Virus record (IMG/VR): IMGVR_UViG_2875697941_000001
DNA: 64,000 nt
From: a virus
Taxonomy: Duplodnaviria > Heunggongvirae > Uroviricota > Caudoviricetes
Direction: 5' to 3' (one strand)
The notes beneath the pieces were generated by a model. It ran no database searches, was not told the origin of the DNA, and was given only the letters and a program-made list of their open reading frames with translations. This document shows, piece by piece, positions 29,901 through 40,473 of the stretch (within the stretch, counting starts at the first letter, position 1; the number at the start of each line of letters is the position of its first letter). Position numbers and translations under genes: made by a program.

Positions 29901-30558
29901 CGGCGGCAGGCTACCCACCACCACCGAGGCCAGATACTGCGAGGTGGTTTTGCCCTTAATGGTGATGTCTTTTTCCGTCACCCAGCCACCATTACGCTGT
30001 ATCTGAACCAGCAGGCGGACTTCCGACGGATTCCGGTCCCCCTTTGAGGTGGTTTCCACCAGTGCCTGCACACCGAAGGTAAAGCGCAGACGGTCGATGT
30101 TTGCCTTTTTCCGTCACCCAGCCACCATTACGCTGTATCTGAACCAGCAGGCGGACTTCCGACGGATTCCGGTCCCCCTTTGAGGTGGTTTCCACCAGTG
30201 CCTGCACACCGAAGGTAAAGCGCAGACGGTCGATGTTTGCCGACGTGATGGTCCGGGTAATCGGCGTGTCGTACTTCACTTCCGTACCCAGCACCGTCTC
30301 GGAGCCGGAGGATTCAAATCCCTCCGGCGGTGTCTGCTCCTGCTCACCGGCCCGGAACACCACCGTGACGCCGGAGATGTTGGTATTCCCCTCACTGTCC
30401 AGCACTGGCGTACTGTTCAGCAGCACGCTTTTTAATCCATCCACCGGACCTTCAATCGGCCCTTCGCTGATGGCATCGATCACACTCAGCAACTGCGTGG
30501 ACTTCAGGTTGTCCTTCGCTTCGCGCGGAGTATGCCCCTTACTGCTGCCTTTACCCAT
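26995..30558 (-). pseudogene. J: tail tip/host specificity protein J, disrupted in this assembly (136-bp tandem duplication and ~70-bp deletion)
   Basis: three consecutive ORFs (188, 216, 806 aa) all matching lambda J; duplicated block 29970..30105 = 30106..30241; stop/frame change at 29416..29423 where about 25 codons of J are missing. Confidence 0.8.
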
Positions 30559-30617
30559 TCCTCACGCTCCATAAACGACAAAACCGCCCGGAGGCGGTTT
30601 CACATAAACGTTTTTCA

Positions 30618-31289
30618 TCAGCGACCAATCACCACAACCTGACCACCATCCCCTTCGTCTGCCGTGCTGATCTCCTGAGAAACCACGCGAGACCCCACGC
30701 GCATTTCCCCGTACAGAACAGGCAGAACATTGCCCTGGGCAACCATGTTATCCAGTGAGGAGAAATAGGTGTTCTGCTTACCGTTATCCGTTGTCTGTGT
30801 ACGGGGAGTTCTGGCTTTCGGTGCCAGCATCTGCGCCACACCACCGAGCACCATACTGGCACCGAGAGAAAACAGGATGCCGGTCATACCACCGGCCCCA
30901 ATGGCTGCCCCCCATGCTGCAAGGGTGGCTCCGGCAGTAAAGAATGATCCGGCAATGGCGGCAGCCCCCAGAACAATCTGGAATACGCCCCCTGACTTGG
31001 CCCCGGCGACTCTGGGAACAATATGAATCACAGCGCCGTCAGGCAGAGTCTCATGTAACTGCGCCGTTAACCCGGACGTGCTGACGTCCCGCCCGGCAAT
31101 CCGTACCTGATACCAGCCGTCGCTCAGTTTCTGACGAAACGCCGGGAGCTGTGTGGCCAGTGCGCGGATGGCTTCAGCCCCCGTTTTCACACGAAGGTCG
31201 ATGCGGCGGCCAAATCGTTGCAAATCCCCGTAAAGGCAGATGCGTGCCATTCCCGGTGACGCCAGAGGGAGTGTGTGCGTCGCTGCCAT
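30618..31289 (-). CDS. I: tail assembly protein I
   Basis: 223-aa ORF MAATHTLPLASPGMARICLYG matches lambda I. Confidence 0.9.
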   Translation of the reverse strand: MAATHTLPLASPGMARICLYGDLQRFGRRIDLRVKTGAEAIRALATQLPAFRQKLSDGWYQVRIAGRDVSTSGLTAQLHETLPDGAVIHIVPRVAGAKSGGVFQIVLGAAAIAGSFFTAGATLAAWGAAIGAGGMTGILFSLGASMVLGGVAQMLAPKARTPRTQTTDNGKQNTYFSSLDNMVAQGNVLPVLYGEMRVGSRVVSQEISTADEGDGGQVVVIGR

Positions 31290-32072
31290 TTGTCGGTGTA
31301 CCTCTCTCGTTTGCTCAGTTGTTCAGGAATATGGTGCAGCAGCTCGCTGTCACCACAGTAAATGGCGGCATGATTCGGCACCGATGAACCNNNNNNNNNN
31401 NNNNNNNNNNNGTCGCTGCCATTTGTCGGTGTACCTCTCTCGTTTGCTCAGTTGTTCAGGAATATGGTGCAGCAGCTCGCTGTCACCACAGTAAATGGCG
31501 GCATGATTCGGCACCGATGAACCAAAACAGCACAGCAGCACATCGCCCGGTTGTGCTGATGACAACGGCACCTGATACAGCCCTGTGGCCTCCAGATTAT
31601 CCAGATAGAGATTCTGACCGTGACGCCACCAGTCATCCTCGCGATGAAAATCCGGCATCTCAATCCCCGCCAGATGGTAAGCATCCCGGAACAGCGTGTA
31701 ACAGTCCGTCACCCCGTGCTCAAAGCGCCGCCCGGAAAGATGTGGCACACAGCGGAACTTGTGAATCGCCCCCCGGCAAACCAGCCACCACGGCAAATCA
31801 CTCTGCACCTGCAGCCGCCGGTCGGTCTCACTCAGCCAGGGCAGACCACCGGGGTGGCTGTGGACCAGCGCCACAATCTCACCCTGCATCTCTGCCCGCA
31901 GCCAGTCCTCCGGCGACATCCGGAAATACGCCTCCGGCTCACCGGAGATATTCACGCAGGGAAAATATCTTTCCCCCTCCGGTGTTCTCACCACGAAGCC
32001 GCACGACTCCGCTGGCGCACATCGCCGGGCGTGCGCCAGAATCGCTGATTCTGTCTCTGTCATGGGATTCAC
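31187..32072 (-). CDS. K: tail assembly protein K, interrupted by assembly gap
   Basis: N-terminus MNPMTETESAILAHARRC matches lambda K; ORF crosses N-run; removing gap plus one duplicate copy gives an intact 250-codon frame. Confidence 0.8.
31391..31411. other. assembly gap (21 N) flanked by an unmerged 112-bp direct duplication (31279..31390 and 31412..31523)
   Basis: N characters in sequence; identical flanks read directly. Confidence 0.95.
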
Positions 32073-32767
32073 TGCGAAAGTTTGTTAATGGAAAGGAAGC
32101 CGCCAAAGTTGCCGACGTTATTGCGAAACTTACAGCCGCTCAGGCATTTGCTGCATTTATCCTTCGTGATATCGGACGTCGGCTGATCATATTCATCCGC
32201 GACCGCCGGACCGTGATAACCGCACTCATCACCGCGATAGGTCCAGGTGCAGGTGTTGGCCAGCATGATACGTCCCGGAAAAACGGCACCGTCCGTTTCC
32301 GTCGGCGTGGACAGTACAAAAGAGGCACTGACCGCGCTCAGTTCGCTGCACTGCTCGATGCGCCAGCGGCTGATCACCTCCTGCTCCGGATCGGCGTCAC
32401 TGTTTCCGTTGACGAAGTTCACCGCATCCAGAAAACGGGCGTAAACCTTACGCCGGACCACCGTTCCGCCGACCAGACTCTGCATATCTTCCGCCATCCC
32501 GGTGACCATACCGTACAGGTTAGAAACCGTCAGCGTGGGGCGCGTACTGGTGCCTTTGCCATTCAGTTCAAAACCGCTCCCCTGAATGGGATACGGCTGA
32601 TACTGTCGCCCCTGCCAGGTGACCGGCTCACCTTTTTCGTTCTGCTCATTACAGAAAAAATAACGTTCTCCACCGACCTCTGTCAGGTCGATTTCCCAGA
32701 GCACCACGCTGGCCGACTGCTCCGCACGGGTGCATTCATTCAGTGTTTCCTGCCGGATATCCTGCAT
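32069..32767 (-). CDS. L: tail protein L
   Basis: 232-aa ORF MQDIRQETLNECTRAEQSASVVLWEIDL matches lambda L. Confidence 0.9.
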   Translation of the reverse strand: MQDIRQETLNECTRAEQSASVVLWEIDLTEVGGERYFFCNEQNEKGEPVTWQGRQYQPYPIQGSGFELNGKGTSTRPTLTVSNLYGMVTGMAEDMQSLVGGTVVRRKVYARFLDAVNFVNGNSDADPEQEVISRWRIEQCSELSAVSASFVLSTPTETDGAVFPGRIMLANTCTWTYRGDECGYHGPAVADEYDQPTSDITKDKCSKCLSGCKFRNNVGNFGGFLSINKLSQ

Positions 32768-33096
32768 CAGTTCACCACCTGTTCAAACTCTGCGCTGAAC
32801 TCAACACGCAACATACTGACCCGCGACGACCATTTTGCGCAGGTCACCTTTATCTGCCGCCACTCATAAGGCGGCGTCCACAGAAAGGATTTCCAGCCCC
32901 CGTGCTCTTCCAGAAACGACTCCAGTACCGTGGCCTCCTCACGGGGGACAGAAAGCGTCACGCTGTACGTTTTCAGGTTGGCATTCAGCCCGGCAGGCGC
33001 TCGCTGAGAATAGCCATCACCAAAGCGCACCTTTCTTACAGAAGGGACCGAAGCCACATCCATACCGGGTTTCACTTTCCAGCGGAAGGTCTTCAT
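32767..33096 (-). CDS. M: tail protein M
   Basis: 109-aa ORF MKTFRWKVKPGMDVASVPS matches lambda M. Confidence 0.9.
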   Translation of the reverse strand: MKTFRWKVKPGMDVASVPSVRKVRFGDGYSQRAPAGLNANLKTYSVTLSVPREEATVLESFLEEHGGWKSFLWTPPYEWRQIKVTCAKWSSRVSMLRVEFSAEFEQVVN

Positions 33097-35672
33097 CGTC
33101 CACCTCCGGAGAACAGGCCACCATCACGCATCTGTGTCTGAATTTCATCACGGGCACCCTTGCGGGCCATGTCATACACCGCCTTCAGAGCAGCCGGACC
33201 TATCTGACCGTTCGTGCCGTCGTTGTTAATCACCACATGGTTATTCTGCTCAAACGTCCCGGACGCCTGCGACCGGCTGTCTGCCATGCTGCCCGGTGTA
33301 CCGACATAACCGCCGGTGGCATAGCCGCGCATCAGCCGGTAAAGATTCCCCACGCCAATCCGGCTGGTTGCCTCCTTCGTGAAGACAAATTCACCACGGT
33401 GAACAATCCCCGCTGGCTCATATTTGCCGCCGGTTCCCGTAAATCCTCCGGTTGCAAAATGGAATTTCGCCGCAGCGGCCTGAATGGCTGTACCGCCTGA
33501 CGCGGATGCGCCGCCACCAACAGCCCCGCCAATGGCGCTGCCGATACTCCCGACAATCCCCACCATTGCCTGCTTAAGCAGAATTTCTGTCATCATGGAC
33601 AGCACGGAACGGGTGAAGCTGCGCCAGTTCTGCTCACTGCCGGTCAGCATCGCCGCCATATTCTGTGCAATACCATCAAAGGTCTGCGTGGCTGCACTTT
33701 TTACCTGCGACATACTGTCCGTGGCGCTCTCTTCCCACTCACTCCAGCCGGACTTCAGGCCTGCCATCCAGCTCCCGCGAAGCTGGTCTTCAGCCGCCCA
33801 GGTCTTTTTCTGCTCTGACATGACGTTATTCAGCGCCAGCGGATTATCGCCATACTGTTCCTTCAGGCGCTGTTCCGTGGCTTCCCGTTCTGCCTGCCGG
33901 TCAGTCAGCCCCCGGCTTTTCGCATCAATGGCGGCCCGTTTTGCCCGTTGCTGCTGTGCGAATTTATCCGCCTGCTGCGCCAGCGCGTTCAGGCGCTCCT
34001 GATACGTAACCTTGTCGCCAAGTGCAGCCAGCTGGCGTTTGTACTCCAGCGTCTCATCTTTATGCGCCAGCAGGGATTTCTCCTGTGCAGACAGCTGGCG
34101 ACGTTGCGCCGCCTCCTCCAGTACCGCAAACTGGCTCTCCGCCTTCCACAAATCCCGGCGCTGCTGGCTGATTTTCTCATTTGCTCCGGCATGCTTCTCC
34201 AGCGTCCGGAGTTCAGCCTGAAGCGTCAGCAGGGCAGCATGAGCACTGTCTTCCTGACGATCGCCCGCAGACACCTTCACGCCGGACTGTTTCGGCTTTT
34301 TCAGCGTCGCTTCATAATCCTTTTTCGCCGCCGCCATCAGCGTGTTGTAATCCGCCTGCAGGATTTTCCCGTCTTTCAGTGCCTTGTTCAGTTCTTCCTG
34401 ACGGGCGGTATATTTCTCCAGCGGCGTCTGCAGCCGTTCGTAAGCCTTCTGCGCCTCTTCGGTATATTTCAGCCGTGATGCCTCAGACTCGGCCCAGTCC
34501 TTTGCTGCCATCTCTCTGGCCTTTTCAAGATCGGCCTGCAACGTGGCGGCTGAAAGCCCAAGTTGCGCATTCGCTCTGTCCTCCCATGCTCCCCGGAGAT
34601 TGGCAAGAAATGCTGAGGTTTTACCGCGCCGGTGGCTCCGGCTCTGATACCACTGCCATTTTTTGTCCGCCTCATCAAAAGCCTTTTCTGCTTTCTCCAG
34701 CATTCCCTGGGCAGTGTCCGGGCGACCAATATCCAGCACCGAATCCCACATGGATTTGAATGCCCGTGCTGTCCTGTCTGCCCAGGTCTCCAGCGTGCCC
34801 ATGTTCTCTTTCAGGCGGCGGGTCTGGTCATCAAACCCTTTCGTTGCGGCCTCGTTCGCCGCCTGCAATGCCCCGGCTTCATCGCCGGAACGCTGCAACT
34901 GAGCAACATACGCAATCTGCTCCGCCGTCACGTTATGGAACTGACGTGCCATCGCTGTCAGTCCCGACGTCGGGTCTGTGGTCAGCTTCCCGAAGGCTTC
35001 AGCGACCTTGTCCACCTCCACGCCGGATGCAGAGGAGAAACGCGCCACACTCTGGCTGATCGCCTCAAACTGCTCACCACCACGCACACCGGCATTCACC
35101 AGCGCCGTCAGTGACTCGCTGGTCTGGTTAAACGTCAGCCCTGCCGCCTGCCCGGCTCTGGACAGGACCAGCATACGATCTGCCGTCAGTCCCGCCTGAT
35201 TGCCGGAAAGGACCAGCGTTTTGTTGAAATCGGACAGGGTTGAGTTGCCCTGATACCAGGCATACGCCAGCGCACCGGTCGCCACCGCCAGCGAGGTGGC
35301 CCCCACCATCGGCAGGGTGATCGCACCGGCAAGCCCCCTGAACATGGGGATCATCCCGCCGAAGGAGTCCTTAACCTGACCCCCCTGTTGCAGCAGGATC
35401 AGCCACGGGCTTTGCCCGCCTGCAAGCTGCGTGGCCACGTCGGTGAACTGTGCAGGCAGCATACGCATGGCGGCTTTATACTGCCCGACGGAAATCCCCG
35501 CTTTCTGTGCAGCCAGCGCCTGTCGGCTCAGCGACTGTTCAACGACTGCCGCTGTTTTTTTCGCATCAGTTTCCGTACCGGAAAAATGACGCCTGACTCT
35601 GGCCATCTGCTCGTCAAATCTGGCCGCATCCAGACTTAAATCAACGACCAGATCGCCTACCGGTTCAGCCAT
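33093..35672 (-). CDS. H: tail tape measure protein H
   Basis: 859-aa ORF MAEPVGDLVVDLSLDAARFDEQ matches lambda H. Confidence 0.9.
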   Translation of the reverse strand: MAEPVGDLVVDLSLDAARFDEQMARVRRHFSGTETDAKKTAAVVEQSLSRQALAAQKAGISVGQYKAAMRMLPAQFTDVATQLAGGQSPWLILLQQGGQVKDSFGGMIPMFRGLAGAITLPMVGATSLAVATGALAYAWYQGNSTLSDFNKTLVLSGNQAGLTADRMLVLSRAGQAAGLTFNQTSESLTALVNAGVRGGEQFEAISQSVARFSSASGVEVDKVAEAFGKLTTDPTSGLTAMARQFHNVTAEQIAYVAQLQRSGDEAGALQAANEAATKGFDDQTRRLKENMGTLETWADRTARAFKSMWDSVLDIGRPDTAQGMLEKAEKAFDEADKKWQWYQSRSHRRGKTSAFLANLRGAWEDRANAQLGLSAATLQADLEKAREMAAKDWAESEASRLKYTEEAQKAYERLQTPLEKYTARQEELNKALKDGKILQADYNTLMAAAKKDYEATLKKPKQSGVKVSAGDRQEDSAHAALLTLQAELRTLEKHAGANEKISQQRRDLWKAESQFAVLEEAAQRRQLSAQEKSLLAHKDETLEYKRQLAALGDKVTYQERLNALAQQADKFAQQQRAKRAAIDAKSRGLTDRQAEREATEQRLKEQYGDNPLALNNVMSEQKKTWAAEDQLRGSWMAGLKSGWSEWEESATDSMSQVKSAATQTFDGIAQNMAAMLTGSEQNWRSFTRSVLSMMTEILLKQAMVGIVGSIGSAIGGAVGGGASASGGTAIQAAAAKFHFATGGFTGTGGKYEPAGIVHRGEFVFTKEATSRIGVGNLYRLMRGYATGGYVGTPGSMADSRSQASGTFEQNNHVVINNDGTNGQIGPAALKAVYDMARKGARDEIQTQMRDGGLFSGGGR

Positions 35673-36503
35673 ACCGGACTCCTCCTGCGATCCCTTCTGA
35701 TACTGTCATCAGCATTACGTCATCCTCCGTCATGTCCGCCACATCCGGGGAAGCGGGGATAACTTCATTCCCGTCCGGGCCAAAGCGGACGCCTCCGGCA
35801 AGCCCTGCCGCTTTCTGCATCAGCACATCATCTTCAGGCTCTTCGTCAGCCTCACGCCGGTTCAGCAGACTGAAATCCAGCGGATGCATATCCGGATCGC
35901 TGAAAAACAGGCTGAGCACGGTGTACGTCAGCCCGGAAAAGTGCATATCCAGCAGAACATCATGAAAATAATGGGTACTGTAAAAGCGGTGCCAGTCGGC
36001 ATACTCCGTGGATGACATCCCGGCAAGCATGGCACGCCAGTCGGGTCGCCCCATCTCTCGCGCCAGTTTCAGGGCAAAACTCAGCTCACCATCGAACACT
36101 TTCCCGCAGAAACAGGCTCTGCAGGCCCGGCGTCCTCTGTCTGTTCAGGAGCATCATTCACCACAAACTCATACATACCGGACAGCCGGTACACCACGTT
36201 TTCAGCATGAGAAATTGCCTCCGTGGGCCAGGTGGTAAGCACTTCCTGCTCAATCTGTTTAACGGCTTCATTCATGGAAGGCAGCTTTGTCTTCTTCGGA
36301 TGGTTATGCCACAGGGACATCGCCACCAGAAACGCGCCGGTTCTGATGGCGTCTTCCACAGTAAACTTCCGGTTGCTGTCTGACTCCGCCTGTTCTGCCT
36401 GCCGTTTCATCAGGGCGAGATGCTCAATTCGCTGCAGGGCTGACAGTTCAGAAAGCGTGACGGTCACACCGTTATGTTCAAATGATTCGGTTTTCAGGAA
36501 CAT
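35665..36503 (-). CDS. T: tail assembly chaperone G-T fusion made by programmed -1 ribosomal frameshift
   Basis: T frame ORF 35665..36099 overlaps G 3' end; slippery heptamer GGGAAAG on minus strand at 36099..36105. Confidence 0.75.
36081..36503 (-). CDS. G: tail assembly chaperone G
   Basis: 140-aa ORF MFLKTESFEHNGVTVTLSELSALQRIEHL matches lambda G. Confidence 0.9.
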   Translation of the reverse strand: MFLKTESFEHNGVTVTLSELSALQRIEHLALMKRQAEQAESDSNRKFTVEDAIRTGAFLVAMSLWHNHPKKTKLPSMNEAVKQIEQEVLTTWPTEAISHAENVVYRLSGMYEFVVNDAPEQTEDAGPAEPVSAGKCSMVS

Positions 36504-36518
36504 CGCTGACTCCCCGGA

Positions 36519-37259
36519 TTAACTGGCGGTGACGGTGATTTCTGCAACCGCAGCAAGTTCACCATTACCGGATACGACCGGAATGTTGACCTTGCCTGCA
36601 GCAACACCTTTCACGGTGATGGTCATACCACTGACCGACACGGTGGCTTTTGTTTTATCCGCAGACACCGCACGGAAGCTCTTGTCGGTTGCGCCTTCCG
36701 GCTGGAATGCCACGGTCAGCGTGGTGCTCTGCCCTTTCACCACCGAGGTGCTGGCAGGCGTCACAGTCATGCCGGTTGTCGCCGTCACCGTGCTGCGATC
36801 TTCTGCCATCGACGGACGGCCCACGTTGGTGACTTTCACCGTGCGGGTGATCACTTCCTTCGCCGTCACCGCCTTACCGATACTGCTGACCCAGCCGCGG
36901 AACACATCGACCGTGCCGTTCGGGAAGCGGATTTTATAGGCTCGGGTATCCCCTTCATTAAACCACGCCAGCAGCGCCTGCTGCCCCTGCTCTCCGGGCA
37001 TCCACGCCAGCGTGAAGCTGGTATCTCCGGCAGATTTCTGCCCCTGCCCGGTCGCAGTCCAGTCTGCATCTTCATCATCGAGATAGCTGTCGTCATAGGA
37101 CTCAGCGGTCAGTTCGCCGGGCGTCAGGTCTTTAACTTTTGCCAGACGCGACCAGTCAACGTCTGAAAGCGGGTTCGCATAAGGGTCACCGTTCCCCTTA
37201 TAAACCCACAGGGTGGTCCCGGCCCCTTTCACCGGCATTACTGGATTTGGTACAGGCAT
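36519..37259 (-). CDS. V: major tail protein V
   Basis: 246 aa from [22 protein letters not shown]; Ig-like C-terminal domain as in lambda V. Confidence 0.9.
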   Translation of the reverse strand: MPVPNPVMPVKGAGTTLWVYKGNGDPYANPLSDVDWSRLAKVKDLTPGELTAESYDDSYLDDEDADWTATGQGQKSAGDTSFTLAWMPGEQGQQALLAWFNEGDTRAYKIRFPNGTVDVFRGWVSSIGKAVTAKEVITRTVKVTNVGRPSMAEDRSTVTATTGMTVTPASTSVVKGQSTTLTVAFQPEGATDKSFRAVSADKTKATVSVSGMTITVKGVAAGKVNIPVVSGNGELAAVAEITVTAS

Positions 37260-37266
37260 AGCGTCC

Positions 37267-37662
37267 TCACATTTCATAGGTAATGACATAAGTCAGATCG
37301 GCTGAACTCCACAGGCCCGCATCATCGTCGCGCCGGTAGTCATAGCCGCTGGCCACCATACTGGTGATCAAATCTGACAGTGCCGGGATATCACTCATCA
37401 CCGGATAAATCCGGGACTCCATCCACGCATCCAGCTCTGAATCCGGCACCTGAGCAGGCAGGAAAACTTCAATATGCAGCTCCGCCTGCCATGTATCGCT
37501 GTCCAGCTCTTCGCCCGTGTATTCAGCGCCGGTGAGATAAACGGCAACTGCCGGAAAATCCGCCTCATCAAAAACAGCGGGGCGACCATCAAAAAACGTC
37601 GCCCCGGTGTCATGCTTCTCCAGTGCATCCAGTACGGCTGCACGGAGTTCAGTATGTTTCAT
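37267..37662 (-). CDS. U: tail terminator protein U
   Basis: 131-aa [34 protein letters not shown] matches lambda U. Confidence 0.9.
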   Translation of the reverse strand: MKHTELRAAVLDALEKHDTGATFFDGRPAVFDEADFPAVAVYLTGAEYTGEELDSDTWQAELHIEVFLPAQVPDSELDAWMESRIYPVMSDIPALSDLITSMVASGYDYRRDDDAGLWSSADLTYVITYEM

Positions 37663-38237
37663 CGCTTTATTACCATTCTCAGTTGATGCTGCAGCGCATA
37701 GCCCAGCTCTTTCGGAAGACGTTCACGCCGTATCCGTTCAATATTCTGTTTAAACGCCGTGGTCAGCGGCACCGCCATCGGGATTTTCACCACATCAATG
37801 GGGTAACGGTTTTTCCCGGCCACACGCTGCATGACATGCCAGCGGCCATTTTTCAGTTGCTGAATAAACGCGCCGGGAATACGACGGTTTCCCACCACAA
37901 GCACGCTGCCGCCACCTTTCAGGGATGAACGCTGCCCCTTTTTACGACGTCTGCGGCGGGAAAGGACAACCCGCGCGTTACCCAGCTTGATTACGGGCAA
38001 ATCCCCCCGGTTAACCCTGATTCTGGCCTGCGGATTTTTGACCGTGGCCCTTTTCAGCCTGGCCCTTTCCTTTACCAGTTTCCGGCGTACCTTTGTCTCA
38101 CGGGCAACCTGTGACGCCGACTGCGATATCGCGGATGACGCAACGCGGTTAATGGCCATTGCGGCGGCACCAGGCACCGCCGTTTTGCTGATACGGCTGA
38201 GGTTTTCAACGGCCTGCTCAAGACCTTTTATGGCCAT
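37659..38237 (-). CDS. Z: tail completion protein Z
   Basis: 192-aa ORF in lambda Z position between FII and U. Confidence 0.85.
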   Translation of the reverse strand: MAIKGLEQAVENLSRISKTAVPGAAAMAINRVASSAISQSASQVARETKVRRKLVKERARLKRATVKNPQARIRVNRGDLPVIKLGNARVVLSRRRRRKKGQRSSLKGGGSVLVVGNRRIPGAFIQQLKNGRWHVMQRVAGKNRYPIDVVKIPMAVPLTTAFKQNIERIRRERLPKELGYALQHQLRMVIKR

Positions 38238-38248
38238 ACATCCCCCTT

Positions 38249-38602
38249 TCAGCGGCGACGGTTAACGGCAGGCGGCACGCCACGCCCAAGCCAGAGATGA
38301 CAGCTTCCGCCATCATCCGGCGAAATCCGGTCCACCCAGAAGTTTTCCTCGCCGATGGTCAGTGTGTCTCCACGCCGCAGCTGCCGCACATCATCAGTCC
38401 GGACAAACAGGGACGGGCTGGAGCCTTCAACGCGCACGCCCTGTCCGGCATAGCTGATATTTTCAGGGTCATCAAAAACACCACGTATCACAGCACCGGA
38501 CAGCTCACCGGATGTCATGGTGGCTGACGTTCCCATGTACCCGCGTATCGTTTCATCGGCGCGGGCAATGGCAGCATCGAACAGGTTATCGGAATCAGCC
38601 AC
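38249..38602 (-). CDS. FII: head-tail joining protein FII
   Basis: 117-aa ORF MADSDNLFDAAIARADETIRGYMG matches lambda FII. Confidence 0.9.
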   Translation of the reverse strand: MADSDNLFDAAIARADETIRGYMGTSATMTSGELSGAVIRGVFDDPENISYAGQGVRVEGSSPSLFVRTDDVRQLRRGDTLTIGEENFWVDRISPDDGGSCHLWLGRGVPPAVNRRR

Positions 38603-38613
38603 AGCGCCTCCCG

Positions 38614-39012
38614 TTATTGCATTCTGGCCAGGCCATGTTCTGTCATTTCGGCTGCCACACCGGCAGAGACACGAAACGCCGTTCCCGGCAGCACAAATGC
38701 CACAGGCTCATCCCGCGTGGCGTGAAGTGCATCAGTATGCAGCGTCACCAGTGCCACGACCGTGACCAGAGCAGCCGTATCAATCACGGTATCCGGCTGC
38801 GCTGATACCACCTCATTTTCATGTCCGGTCAGCGCATTTTCCGGGCTGACAGATGTGTCCTGACCGGCAGCGTCATCCGTGTCATCAAGCTCCTCTTCCA
38901 GCTCTGCCACACGGAGCACCAGTTCTTCTTTCGTCCCCGTCAGGCTGACATCACGGTTCAGTTGCTCACCCAGCACCTGAAGACGGGCAATCAGTTCATC
39001 TTTCGTCATGGA
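38614..39012 (-). CDS. FI: DNA packaging protein FI
   Basis: 132 aa from MTKDELIARLQVLGEQLNRDVSLTG; lambda FI-like. Confidence 0.85.
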   Translation of the reverse strand, partial: SMTKDELIARLQVLGEQLNRDVSLTGTKEELVLRVAELEEELDDTDDAAGQDTSVSPENALTGHENEVVSAQPDTVIDTAALVTVVALVTLHTDALHATRDEPVAFVLPGTAFRVSAGVAAEMTEHGLARMQ

Positions 39013-39050
39013 CTCCTCCACAGAGAGAAAATGGCCCCGAAGGGCCATGA

Positions 39051-40076
39051 TTACGCCAGTTGTACGGACACGAACGCATCAGGATCAGCCAGCAGCATCA
39101 GCGGTGCTGACTGAATCATGGTGAACTCACGCGCCGGATCGCCGGTGGTCACCCAGTTTTTCGGGTAGCGGGCAGAGGCGTTAATACCTTCGCGCTGTGC
39201 GTCCGCATCCTGAATGCAGCCATAGGTGCGCAGACCGCGTGCCTGAGTGTTCCCCAGCACCATCGTGTTGTCCGGCAGGAAGTTCTTTTTGACGTCGTTT
39301 TCCACGTACTGTCCGGAATACACGACGATCGCCGTATCGCCATACATCCCCTTATAGGACACCGCTTCGCCCAGGTCTTTTACCGCTGTCTCCAGCTCGG
39401 AATGAGAGCCGCGACGGGTATCCAGCTTCTCCTTGACGGCTTTGAAGGAACGGAACAGCGCCCAGCCTTTCGGATCAAACACGATGATATTCACCACGCC
39501 GCTGGCGTTCAGCGCATAGGCTTCGATATCGTCGGTCGGGTCATACGTGGACTTGTCACGCTTGCTCCACTCCGTACCACCGGACTGTGTGATGTTGTTC
39601 GCCGCACTGCGGCCCATATCCACCTCAACCGGATCGAAGGCTTCACCGGTCATGGTGTATTTGCCCTTAAGCACAGCAGAAACGGCCTGCATCTCTTCGA
39701 CCTGAGCAATGGCCAGCTCTTCGTCTCGCATGTTCTGCAGGATGATGCGACGGCGGCGGTAAGCCGGGTCCGCCAGATTCTGCGGATCTTCATCCGGCAG
39801 GCGACGCAGGGTCATCTGCGGATTCACCTCATGCTTGGGTTTGACATATCCCGGCGTAAATTCAGAGGTGGAGCCGCCACGGGAACGGATAACCTCACCG
39901 GAAACAATCGGCGAAACGTACAGCGCCATGTTTACCAGTCCCGGAATTTGTGAGAGATAGACTTTCTCCGTGGTGAAGGGATAGCTCTCACGGAAAAAGA
40001 GACGCAGAAACAGCGGATCAAACTTAAATTTCTGCTCATTTGCCGCCAGCAGCTGGGCGGTTGTGTACATCGACAT
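39051..40076 (-). CDS. E: major capsid protein E
   Basis: 341 aa from MSMYTTAQLLAANEQKFKFDPLFLRLFFRESYPF matches lambda E. Confidence 0.95.
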   Translation of the reverse strand: MSMYTTAQLLAANEQKFKFDPLFLRLFFRESYPFTTEKVYLSQIPGLVNMALYVSPIVSGEVIRSRGGSTSEFTPGYVKPKHEVNPQMTLRRLPDEDPQNLADPAYRRRRIILQNMRDEELAIAQVEEMQAVSAVLKGKYTMTGEAFDPVEVDMGRSAANNITQSGGTEWSKRDKSTYDPTDDIEAYALNASGVVNIIVFDPKGWALFRSFKAVKEKLDTRRGSHSELETAVKDLGEAVSYKGMYGDTAIVVYSGQYVENDVKKNFLPDNTMVLGNTQARGLRTYGCIQDADAQREGINASARYPKNWVTTGDPAREFTMIQSAPLMLLADPDAFVSVQLA

Positions 40077-40131
40077 AAAAAAATCCCGTAAAAAAAGCCG
40101 CACAGGCGGCCTTTAGTGATGAAGGGTAAGG

Positions 40132-40464
40132 TTAAACGATGCTGATTGCCGTTCCGGCAAACGCGGTCCGTTTTTTCGTCTCGTCGCTGGCAGCCTCCGG
40201 CCAGAGCACATCCTCATAACGGAACGTGCCGGACTTGTAGAACGTCAGCGTGGTGCTGGTCTGGTCAGCATCAACCGCCAGAATGCCAACGGCAGTACCG
40301 TCGGTGGTGCCATCCCACGCAACCAGCTTACGGGTGGAGGTGTCCAGCATCAGCGGGGTCATTGCAGGCGCTTTCGCACTCAATCCGCCGGGCGCGGTTG
40401 CCGTATGTGCCGGGTCACTGTTGCCCAGCGGCTGGTAATGGGTAAAGGTTTCTTTGCTCGTCAT
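40132..40464 (-). CDS. D: head decoration protein D
   Basis: 110 aa from [27 protein letters not shown] matches lambda D. Confidence 0.95.
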   Translation of the reverse strand: MTSKETFTHYQPLGNSDPAHTATAPGGLSAKAPAMTPLMLDTSTRKLVAWDGTTDGTAVGILAVDADQTSTTLTFYKSGTFRYEDVLWPEAASDETKKRTAFAGTAISIV

Positions 40465-40473
40465 AAACATCCC

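Noticed and set aside
31350-32072. 240-aa ORF containing XXXXXXXX
   Set aside because: The X residues come from the 21-N assembly gap; the real gene is K with one copy of the duplicated flank.
33484-35114. Multiple plus-strand ORFs inside the H tape-measure gene
   Set aside because: Antisense to H, which matches lambda H over its full length; no RBS or independent support.
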